Of a DNA stretch of 64,000 bases, positions 54,068-64,000 are shown piece by piece. The notes below the pieces were generated by a model. It worked only from the letters and a program-made list of their open reading frames with translations. It was not told the DNA's origin and did no database searches. Position 1 is the first letter of the stretch, and every line of letters starts with the position of its first letter. A program made the translations under genes and the position numbers. The stretch lies in assembly GCF_006345805.1 (NCBI RefSeq), contig NC_043006.1, positions 74,586,001 through 74,650,000 on the forward strand, in the 5' to 3' direction. The stretch is from Octopus sinensis. Its lineage: Eukaryota.

Positions 54068-54275
54068 ATGTTTGTATCTCTGAGTTTGCCCCCACACCCC
54101 ACATCGCTTGACAGCCGATGCTGGTGTATTTATGTCCCCATAACTTAGTAGTTCGGCAAAAGGCACCCATAGAATAAGTACTAGGCTTACAAAGAATAGG
54201 ACCTGGGGTCGATTTGCTCGACTAAAGGTGTAGCTCCAGCATGGCCACAGTCAAATGACTGAAACAAGTAAAAGA
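53807..54275 (+). mobile_element. SINE family A, ending at the assembly gap
   Basis: Head to AAACAAGTAAAAGA, then Ns. Confidence 0.92.
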
Positions 54276-54375
54276 NNNNNNNNNNNNNNNNNNNNNNNNN
54301 NNNNNNNNNNNNNNNNNNNNNNNNNNNNNNNNNNNNNNNNNNNNNNNNNNNNNNNNNNNNNNNNNNNNNNNNNNN
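54276..54375. other. Assembly gap (100 N)
   Basis: Run of exactly 100 N; true size unknown. Confidence 0.99.
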
Positions 54376-54409
54376 CAAATTTCAGAAAGGATTATTCATC
54401 AATGTTAAG

Positions 54410-54625
54410 GCTGTGGTAGAGTAGCTAGCACGCCGGACTAAATGCTTAGCGGTATTTTGTCTGTCTTTAAGTTCTGAGTGCAAATTTCGCCGAGGTCGAC
54501 TTTGGCTTTCATAATTTCGAGATTGATAAAATAAGTACCAGCCAAACATTGGGTTCGATTTAATCAGTTGGCTCCTTGCCACAAAACTTCCAGGCCTTTG
54601 CCTCTTGTAGAGAGAATTATTTATT
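54410..54625 (+). mobile_element. SINE family B
   Basis: GCTAGCACGCCGGAC.AAATGCTTAGCGGTAT...GAGGTCGACTTT...AAAATAAGTACCAG...AGGCCTTTGCC. Confidence 0.8.
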
Positions 54626-55128
54626 AGTGTTCATTTGTTCATATATTATTTCATTGCTTCCATTTATTAGACTGCAGTCATTCTGGGGCACCACATTGAA
54701 GGATTTTAATCGATCGAACCTAGTAATTATTTCAACATGGAAATTACTTTGTCGATTTCTACTTGGCAAACCTCTAACTTACGAGATATAAAGAGACATA
54801 ATAAGCGAAACCAGGCTGTGTATTGTGTGGTGACTTTATTTCACGTTGCTCCCTTTAACTCAGCTGTAGATATGAGTTGCGACGTCACTGATGCGAGGAG
54901 GTGTTGGCCTTTTCCTTTCCCTTGGATAAAAATGGTGGCATGGAGAGGCGGAGGCTGGTATGTATGGGTGATTGCTGGTCTTCCATAAACAACCTTGCCC
55001 AGACTTGAGCCACAGAGTGTAAATTTCTGGGTGCGATTCCATGATCATTCATGACCGAAGGGTTTTTAAAAAATTGAATACAGATTCATGAGGCGCACAG
55101 ACATCCACATATATATATAGAAATGTGT

Positions 55129-55165
<37 letters not shown>

Positions 55166-55922
55166 TGTCTGTCTGTCTGTCTGTGTGTGTGTGTGTATGT
55201 GTGTGTGTGCGTGCGTTTTGAGTGTACGAAATTCCACTCATCAGATATTGGTCATTTATATGGCAGAGAAGCTCTGGCTAAGATGTCATGCAATGGAATT
55301 CAGACAAAAATTATATTATTGCAAAACGAAATTCTTAAATACACAAATATACTATAGAGATTATTTCCACCGAAATTTTTATATACCCAGCTTATAATAT
55401 TCTTCTAAACTTCGGAACGATGTTGCCAACATTCTTTCTGTAATGAATCTTTAATGATGCTGTAGAAGTTGATACGTTAATTTTTTCCTCTCAATTCTCA
55501 GACATTACCTCGAGCCATTGCAATGACAATCTGTTTCTTCCAAGTTTTTGCCGACATATTGTAGTCTTCATTGTATAACTCTCTTCTGATTTAGTAGCGT
55601 GTTCTTACTAACCTGTATCTACAACTACCTACTTAGTAAAAACTAGGTAAATTATATCTTGGCTATATGAGATTCTTAACTCCAGACAATTTGGAGAGCT
55701 TAGCCATAAACCAAACAAAGAAAGATAATTAAATAGCTGACAACAAAGTGAAATTTAACTAAATTTAACGTACAAAAACATTTATTCTCACTGTTGCGGA
55801 TTTCGGGTTATCACATACACACAAAACTTCGTATGTATTTCAAGTTTCGAATCGATCATTAAATATACATTTGCTATGAAACTAGATACTCTTTTTTCAT
55901 GAGTATCATTACTGAAATATAC

Positions 55923-56108
55923 ATTTTCTTACTTGTTTCCATTATTTGAATGCGGCCATAGTGGAGCACCGTCTTAAGGGTTTTCGAAGAAATCAACTCC
56001 AGGACTTATTTTCTTCAGCTTCGTAATTATTCTATCAGTTTCCTTTGCCAAACCGCCAGCTCACGGGAACGTAACTGCACCAAGACCGGTTGTGAAATGG
56101 TGGTGGGA
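55923..56108 (-). mobile_element. SINE family A 3' half, diverged
   Basis: TTACTTGTTT...GCGGCCATAGTGGAGCACCG...GGACTTATT...ATTCTATC. Confidence 0.7.
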
Positions 56109-56177
56109 CACACACACACTCAGAGATACACAGATACGCACAAAACACACCGCATATATATAAGTATATGTATTATG

Positions 56178-56230
<53 letters not shown>

Positions 56231-56559
56231 ATTATATATAAACATATAATAGAGAGAGATGTATGTATATATATATATATATATATATACCTCCCACACA
56301 CACAACACACACTCATATAAACACGCAAACAATTATATACACATGGGCATAAACGCACATACACGCACACACGCACGTAAGCACACGCACGCACACACAC
56401 GCGTACGCGCACACACGCACATGAATGCACACATACCTAACGTTCACAGCCCCACGCACACACACATAAGCTATATACATATATATGTGTGTGTGTATCT
56501 GTGTCTGTGTATTTGTACGTACATACATAGATATATAATTGGCGGGGGTATATATATAT

Positions 56560-56790
56560 ATTTCTTTACTACCCACAAGGGGCTAAACACAGAGGGGACA
56601 AACAAGAACAGACAAACGGATTAAATCGATTACATCGACACCAGTGCGTAACTGGTACTTAATTTATCGACCCCGAAAGGATGAAAGGCAAAGTCGACCT
56701 CGACAGAATTTGAACCCAGAACGTAACGGCAGACGAAATACGGCTACGCATTTCACCCGGCGTGCTAACGTTTCTGCCAGCTCGCCTCCT
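56560..56790 (-). mobile_element. SINE family B, alternative 3' tail subfamily
   Basis: Head and body match family B, but the tail is CCGTTTGTCTGTTCTTGTTTGTCCCCTCTGTGTTTAGCCCCTTGTGGGTAGTAAAGAAA rather than ...CCTTGTGCCTAT(ATT)n. Confidence 0.85.
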
Positions 56791-57339
56791 TAATATATTT
56801 GTTGCTATGTGTGTGTGGGGGTATATATATGTGTGTGTGTAAGTAGATCTGGATTTGTATAAAGACAGTTTTTCATCTCAAACATTTTATATTGAATATA
56901 CGGCTGTATTCAGATTTAATCTTTTGAATTAAAGAATTTTTCATATTTTGTTGGAGAGTTCACGCAGTTCAATTGTCATTACGGTTACAGAAGTATACAG
57001 AAGTAAATATTTCGATCTCAACAATTTATCAAAGTATCAGAATGAGAACGAATGTGATGCTGTCACTTGGAATCATTGGCGAGTAAATGAAATGAATTGA
57101 AGTGAACAAGTGATGTTTGAGGTTAAGTGTATATGAAAGTGTGAAATGTGAAGAAGACAGACGAGACAGATATCGTGGGAAAAAAACCAAAAGTTAGCTA
57201 GTATTTATAAATGAAAGACCGAAAGAGCCTAGGCTTTAAACAAAACAAAAAAGAAAAGCTGAAGCGAAAATTTCCAATAAAATAATGCTTCAACGAGAAT
57301 ACAGTCACACCTTCAGAACTGATCGCATTCACACATACA

Positions 57340-57800
57340 CAGACGGAGACACATTCACATACATACACACACAAACGGATACACTCACACACACACACAC
57401 ACAAACACAGAGAGGAGCAAACACACACACACACAAACAGATATACTCACACACACACACACAAACACAAACACAGAGAGGAGCAAACACACACACATAG
57501 CAACAAATACACATACACACACACACAGAACAAACACACACAAACACACACACACACAAAGGCACAAACATAGAAAGAAACAAACAACGCGCACGCCCAC
57601 ACACACACACACGCATATGTGAACGAACATGCGTGCGCACACACACTCACATACACGCGCATACAGAGACATACATACACCTGTACGCACTGACAAACAC
57701 ATGTGTATGCGTGTGTGTGTATTCACGTGTGTGTGTGCGCGCGCATGCATGCTCGTATATATATATATGTGTGTGTATATGTGTACAGATGCGCACGCTC
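57340..57800. repeat. (CA)n/(TG)n degenerate microsatellite
   Basis: Read directly. Confidence 0.9.
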
Positions 57801-58234
57801 GCATCAATACAGACATGCACACTAAACCATATGCGCGCGTCTACACACCCACATATACAACTATACACTTGCACATACCACCCCTTCCTACTTCCCCTCC
57901 AACAAACTGACTGATTTCCTGGCCACCACGTGATTGATTTCCTGTCCATCGTGCGGTCGATTCCCTGTTCACCATGCAGTATTTTCCAACTAACATTTAC
58001 CGATTTACCAACATCAAACCACAGCACCGCGTGACCTTCCTTGACCAATCGCAGCCCACCTTATAGTAATAACAATTAACTTCTGTCATTCGAATTCAAA
58101 ATGGCTGATGACTCGCATCACAGTTGAAACTCGAAGCACCAACGAATTTGAATCAAACTGTTTTGATCCATACATGTAGCTCCCAATAAATTTGTTGAGT
58201 GCCCACTCACTCGTACACACCACACAAATATGTA

Positions 58235-58270
58235 TGTGTGGGTGTATCTATGTATATATATATATAATAT

Positions 58271-58328
<58 letters not shown>

Positions 58329-58585
58329 ATATCTGTATATATAAATATACATACATACATACATACATCCTTACATACCTACATGCATACATACATACAT
58401 ACATACGTACATACATACATACATACATACATACATACATACATACATACATACATACATGCATGCGCATACATACCATACATACATATATACATACATA
58501 CATACATGCATGCATACATACATACATACATACATACATACATACATACATACATACATACATACATACATACATACATACATAC
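58235..58585. repeat. (TA)n(ATAC)n microsatellite
   Basis: Read directly. Confidence 0.95.
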
Positions 58586-59127
58586 TATCCTGATATGAGC
58601 AAAAAGCAGTCTGGAAGACGGACAATGTACGAGTGCACTTTTGAAGCAAATCTGATAAAGTGTCACTCTAATGTCTAAAACCGCCAACATGACATACATT
58701 TTCACTTCGAACGTTGAAAGCAGAGTTTGTACAGAAACAATTGTAACTGATCATTAAAGATGTATTAAAGTATTGCTTTGTCTTATTATTTATATTATAT
58801 CTATGTATGTATGTATGTACGTACATACTTGCATATATACATACATATATATACACGTTTGTGTATTTGTATACATAGTATACTGTTCCGTGAGGGTAAG
58901 ATCAAGAAAAAAGTACTCCATCCGGTGAGAGATAAATATTATTAGATAAACAGAATATATGTTTTTATGTGCTACTATAAGTGTCCTATGCAGAGAACGT
59001 GCCAAACGTTTTTAACATGTCTGGTGTCCTTGCACAATCATCAGTCACAGTGAGCAATGTCTGATTATTATATATATATATATAAAACGAATGTTATATC
59101 ACCTGGTAGCTTACGTCTTTCATTTGC

Positions 59128-59169
<42 letters not shown>

Positions 59170-59171
<2 letters not shown>

Positions 59172-59365
59172 TCGTCATGATAGATCGCTAGCCACTAAAC
59201 CTTTTTCTATTTTCTCTCCCAGTTTATTTCTGTGTTCCTTCCTGTTGAAGAGCATAGGCTCGAAACTTAAAAGACTTTCTCACTTCCCGATCGTTTAACT
59301 AATACATCTGTTTGTTGTTTACACACCCGTCTTCGTCTTTTGTTTTTTTCTTGCGAATTCTCTCT
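59170..59365 (+). mobile_element. Short Penelope-terminal-repeat-like element, diverged
   Basis: CTGTTGAAGAGCATAGGCTCGAAAC at 59242-59266, with downstream sequence matching the 15.6-kb and 53-kb copies; follows (TA)n. Confidence 0.65.
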
Positions 59366-59393
59366 CTCTCTTTCTTTCTCTCTCTCTCCCTAC

Positions 59394-59439
<46 letters not shown>

Positions 59440-60726
59440 TTATGTATATATGTGTGTATATCATATATGTATATCCACGTATGCATATGTGTGTGTATGT
59501 GTATGTGGGGGGTGTCTATGTGTCTGTGTGTCTGTGTATGTCTGTGTCTGTGTCCAACGGTCATCAATATAGCTTGAAATTCTCCATCTCATCTTCAGCA
59601 GGAAGTAGTTGCTAGTGACATATTTTTAATATCACGTTGTAATGGTGGATAGTAAGGGAGAAAAAAAAAGGAGTATTAATTTTAATTCCTGTGTTGTTTT
59701 GAACTTTGTTCGACGTTGAAAATCGTGATAGGATTCTATGAATCAACTTCCCTGTTCTTTGATTTAAAATTCAAACAAATAATCTAAAAACCATTATTTC
59801 TTTTTCAATAACTGTCCCCCGAGGTGCACCATGTGTTCTTTCCTAAGCCTTCATTTAGTCTATCAATCGATTGCCATGGTAACGTTACAATACACGCGAT
59901 CGATGTACTGTATATGGATGATGTAACTATGCTCAGGATTTGCTTTCTCCTCATATGACGTAACCAATCTCTTTTTAGATACAAATCTCTTTTTAGATAC
60001 AAAGAACCACTAGATTTCTAGATATAGCACATATGTAAATATGATAGAGCAGATATATGTACACGAGAAAACGAAAGCAAAACAAAAGGCACTTACGCAA
60101 CTACTGGGATAGTGAAATCTCTTTATATAAATATAAATTTCTGTAGTGGACGAGTATTTTTTTTCCAAGGTCCGAAATAGCTTTAAAACTAAATTATGTG
60201 ACTTACAATAGATATATTCAAAATTATGATATGATAAGAGTTAACAAAAACCTTGTCAATATAGTAAAATTTTATAGTTCGCTGTTCTGTTCTCAATAAA
60301 TATAAAGTGATTAATCACCCCCATTGATTTATTAGTTAAAAGATGACTTTTGACTTCTTAAGATATTGAAATGTTGTTTCAATCATGACAGATGATTTGA
60401 ATAATAAATTCTGCAAGACTATTGTATGTATAATAATGAAACGATGTTTTCAGATTGTTGCGATTAGTTTTGAGACAGCGAAGAAATTAGAATTTTATTT
60501 CCAATAATTTTTAAAATCTCATTTCACTGACGGACAACGAAATTTATTGCGTTGATATTGTATTTAATCGATCGAGATGAAATTTAGAATGCTTAAAATA
60601 ACTTCCTTCTTCATCACAACGAACCATGCATTTGGAAACTGAAGATTTTTCAATATGACAAACAAAGTATGAATAGTAATTATTATTTTTCTTTCAAAAT
60701 CGGTCGCAGTATAATGTTCATATTTG

Positions 60727-60796
<70 letters not shown>

Positions 60797-60801
<5 letters not shown>

Positions 60802-60954
60802 TTAGGGATAACCACTAGGTGGACAACCAGTATGCTAGAAGATCACATACGATCTAACTACAAGAAAAAGAATGTTCTCTTTTCTTTGTAGTTAGATCGT
60901 AGTGATCTTCTTCTAGCATATTCGTTATCCACCTAGTGGTTATCCCTAAATATA
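60797..60954. mobile_element. Palindromic MITE-like element (158 bp) with TA flanks
   Basis: Outer 27 bp are a perfect inverted repeat (TATATTTAGGGATAACCACTAGGTGGA); pairing continues with a few mismatches and bulges almost to the centre. Confidence 0.7.
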
Positions 60955-61072
60955 CACATGTATTGAAATATTTTAATCAATTATCCCCCTCATTATTTAT
61001 ATATATATGTATATATATATATAGATATATATATATAATATATATATATATTATATATATAGATTATATATG

Positions 61073-61104
<32 letters not shown>

Positions 61105-61125
61105 TGTATATGTATATATATATAT

Positions 61126-61778
61126 GCAGATTTATTAGTGTGTGGCATGGCCTTGCACCACAGCTTCCCCTTCTCTAGGAAACGAAAGGAGCAACGTCTC
61201 ATATTTGATCTTGGCATTATGTCCCCGACAGGTAAGAATGAACGTTTTGCCTTTCATCGTTTCACATCCTCATAATTACTTTTCAAACTTTTTAATCCTC
61301 CTTCTACTCTCTCACTCTCCCTCTGCAACATTTCCATATTTACTTATCTCTACTCTCTCCATCACCCTTTTCTTTCTCTTTTCTGCACGTCATCTCCTAT
61401 AACTTTTGCTTCACGTTAGCAGTACTTATTATGCGTCCATTATCAGTTGCAGCCAGTTTTTCAAGCTGAGAGGATGTAAAATCAGTTTGACTTTCTCTCT
61501 TTTCTTCCCTTTTTCTCTGATCCCTGACGAAGGATTGAATCCGAAACGTTGGATATTCCACTCCTCACGACAAGTTCACTGCACCCCATGTGGATCGTCG
61601 GCGATTGTGTCCCCCGTCTTCCTTTTCTCTTGGACTTTCCTCCGTCTCCTGTGTCTGACGAAGAGCTCAAAACGTGAAAACTACCTTTCTTTCTTTCCCT
61701 GAGCGTCTGCTAATACTTTGCATGTACCACGTCCACGCATTGTTGATTTTTTGTTTGTTGTTCGTTTTTGGGGGGATT

Positions 61779-61780
<2 letters not shown>
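61126..61780 (+). mobile_element. Penelope-like element (Neptune-like) 3' remnant with terminal repeat
   Basis: ADLLVCGMALHHSFPFSRKRKEQRLIFDLGIMSPTGKNERFAFH matches the PLE endonuclease C-terminal pattern RKxKEQxLIFxLGTLxPxGxNxxF. A pyrimidine-rich spacer and two hammerhead-like motifs follow; microsatellites on both sides. Confidence 0.8.
61520..61554 (+). ncRNA. Minimal hammerhead ribozyme motif
   Basis: ATCC-CTGACGA-A-GGAT(TGA)ATCC-GAAA-C-GTT-GGAT: intact CUGANGA and GAAA core, stem I ATCC/GGAT, stem II GGAT/ATCC, palindromic ACGT in place of stem III. Confidence 0.65.
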
Positions 61781-61815
<35 letters not shown>

Positions 61816-64000
61816 GTATTCATATGCAGTTATAACCCGAATGCAAATTTATTCTGGGGTTATAACATTCACACTTAGGCCATTATAAAATATTTGGATG
61901 AACTGAAAAAGAGACTTTTTCTACTTGGAACTATTTTCTCTCTTCTATTTATCAGTTTTGAGAATGGTAGACTCGTTAATGCCTCGAATACATTTGGTTT
62001 TGATATGTGTTCCGACTACCTTCATCCTGAGTTCAAGTCTCTTCGAGGTCAATTTTATGTTTCTTCATATCGTAGTCGATAAATAAACACCTTGGTTTTC
62101 ATGCATTCTCTCTCCTCTCTCTCCTCTCTCTCTGATGAGAATTGAACTCACAGTGAAGAAAGTCAGAACGAATCTAATTCTGCCGCCAATTTTCTGCTTT
62201 AAAACAATTACTACGATACATTTAGCTCAAATCTCTAGTATCGATCTGCACCGCCCACTGTGATGAGAATCCTTGTTTACTAAATTTACTAAAATTTGAA
62301 CGATACAGAGAAGTTTTATGTTCGATTAGAGTGGTGTTGCGTTTTCCCGTTAAAACTTCTGATGAATAGTAAAGTTAACCTCAACGTTTGTTTTATTTTA
62401 AACCGTTATTGTTTTAAACCCACCTCCCTGTCTCTTTAAATTATATCGCCATTCAAGAACCTTTAGCTCAGGCGTATAAAAGCTTCATTGGAAACTTCAT
62501 ATGCCATGAGAAGTCACTTATAATTCAAAGCAATTGTCATTGTTTTGTTCATCTTGTCTGTAATCGTCATTCATTAAAACGAAATATTTTAGTCATTCGC
62601 CATAGTTTGTACAAAGCACTGGAAACAGTTTGGGACAGCCTTTGGATACAGTTACAAACGATTGCGATGTTAGATTGATCTCCCTGCTATTAACCCTTTT
62701 ATTGAGTCTAGTCTTTGCTTCAGAATTAAAAAAAAGGAAAAGAAAAGCCTTTAATGTTAACTTTAGAAAACTATTTAAGAGTTTCGTAAATGTATTTGAA
62801 CGGTTTAAAGTTTTGAAGTTATATTACATCTAAACAAATAGTATAACATGTTACTGAACTTTTAAGATAGATGAAAAACCATGCGAAATTTTAAAGAGAA
62901 ATAACAATTCCAATCACTAACTGCTATTTCAAAATACTATAGAAAACATGTTTATTGTAATTTGTTTTAGTTTAAACATGAGTCTTTTATTCAAAAATTA
63001 TATGATATTATTTTGATACATATTCCCAGACACTGATTTAATATGTTTTGGTCTGGTTTGTTTATCTGAATTAATGAAAGCTTTGAAATAAATGGGTTTT
63101 TTTTTTTTGCTAATACAAATCTGTCAACAAATTATACCTCACTGTTTTATATTTATAGTTACAATTGCATTTGAAAAACTTTAGAAATTGACTTAATGTA
63201 TATTGAATGAATGTTTGAAATATTTTCAACAGACGCCTCTAAACTAGCTTGGCTGTTTAAAACATAACATTTTGTACATGTATGTCTGTCAATTTCTAAT
63301 TCAGACACCAGAATCGTGTTTGCCAACAAACCCCACCTACTTTCCCTGTGCTAAGTAATTGCAGGCCTGTGTGATTGCCAGACCTCAACTCCGAAAAGTA
63401 ACAGTCGCTTCTTTTTTTTCTCACTTATCCGTTGGACATTTCACAGATGGACAACGAAATTTATTTACTGCGTTGATATGATATTTGATCGACCGAGATG
63501 AAATTCAGAATATTTAAAATAACTTCCTTTTCATCATAACCATAACGATGCACATTGTAACTGAAATTTTTCAATATGACAAGCAAAATACTGCTTCTAC
63601 TGCTACCACTGCTATTGCTGATTTTGTTGTTGCTGCAGTTGTTGCTGCTCTGTTGTTATTGAGTAGTAGGCCATGGCAAGATTTGAGCTCATAACTTTGA
63701 TGCCAGCTGATGTTACCAAACCACCACCCGGTTTAACACCACCAGTCGGCACCTTATCTTAGGTACTTTGAGCGGAATCTGCTCTGTCACAAACATTCAG
63801 GGGTTACCAGCTTGCGTTTTTTCTTACAAGGTAGTGAATCTATTTGCTCATCATTGGGGTTCAGAGGTCCATAACAGGCATTGTTGTCAAAATCCAACAG
63901 AAGATATGATTCCTGTGAAGGGAGATCGTATCACATCGAGTAATGAATGAGATCACTATTCCCTGACTAAAATCACATTCCTCCGTTTTAGATAAAGACA

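Noticed and set aside
54187-54378. ORF spanning the N run, and adjacency of SINE A and SINE B across it
   Set aside because: Assembly gap of arbitrary length; adjacency across it is not evidence.
57900-58048. Minus-strand LWFDVG...KILHGEQG...TW, faintly like an RTE ORF C-terminus
   Set aside because: Key residues are missing; cannot be distinguished from chance without a search.
60801-60950. TTTAGGG/CCCTAAA telomere-like ends of the palindrome
   Set aside because: Only one unit per end; not a telomeric array.

Overview
This is AT-rich, repeat-dense eukaryotic DNA, mostly intronic or intergenic, with no confidently identifiable cellular gene. The combination of these SINE families with very abundant (TA)n, (ATGT)n, (AGAT)n and (ATT)n microsatellites suggests an octopus genome; this is an inference from recall, not from a search. 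Nearly all ORFs in the supplied track are translations of microsatellites. Supported content: (1) at least four tRNA-derived SINE families with many copies, some with clear target-site duplications (TSDs); (2) decayed R4/Dong-clade LINEs, one 5' half at 22.5-24.4 kb and three 3' ends at 40.2-42.5 kb, each set in the (ATT)n tail of a SINE; (3) a CR1-type LINE 3' end; (4) two internally deleted mariner transposons; (5) two Penelope-like element (PLE) 3' remnants and three short related repeats in (TA)n tracts, carrying minimal hammerhead-ribozyme-like motifs; (6) a 158-bp palindromic MITE-like element and a 26-bp G-U-rich hairpin; (7) three local duplications of about 150-165 bp; (8) one candidate coding exon (29561-29801, +); (9) a 100-N gap. 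All alignments, identities and element boundaries were read by eye and are approximate unless stated as exact.
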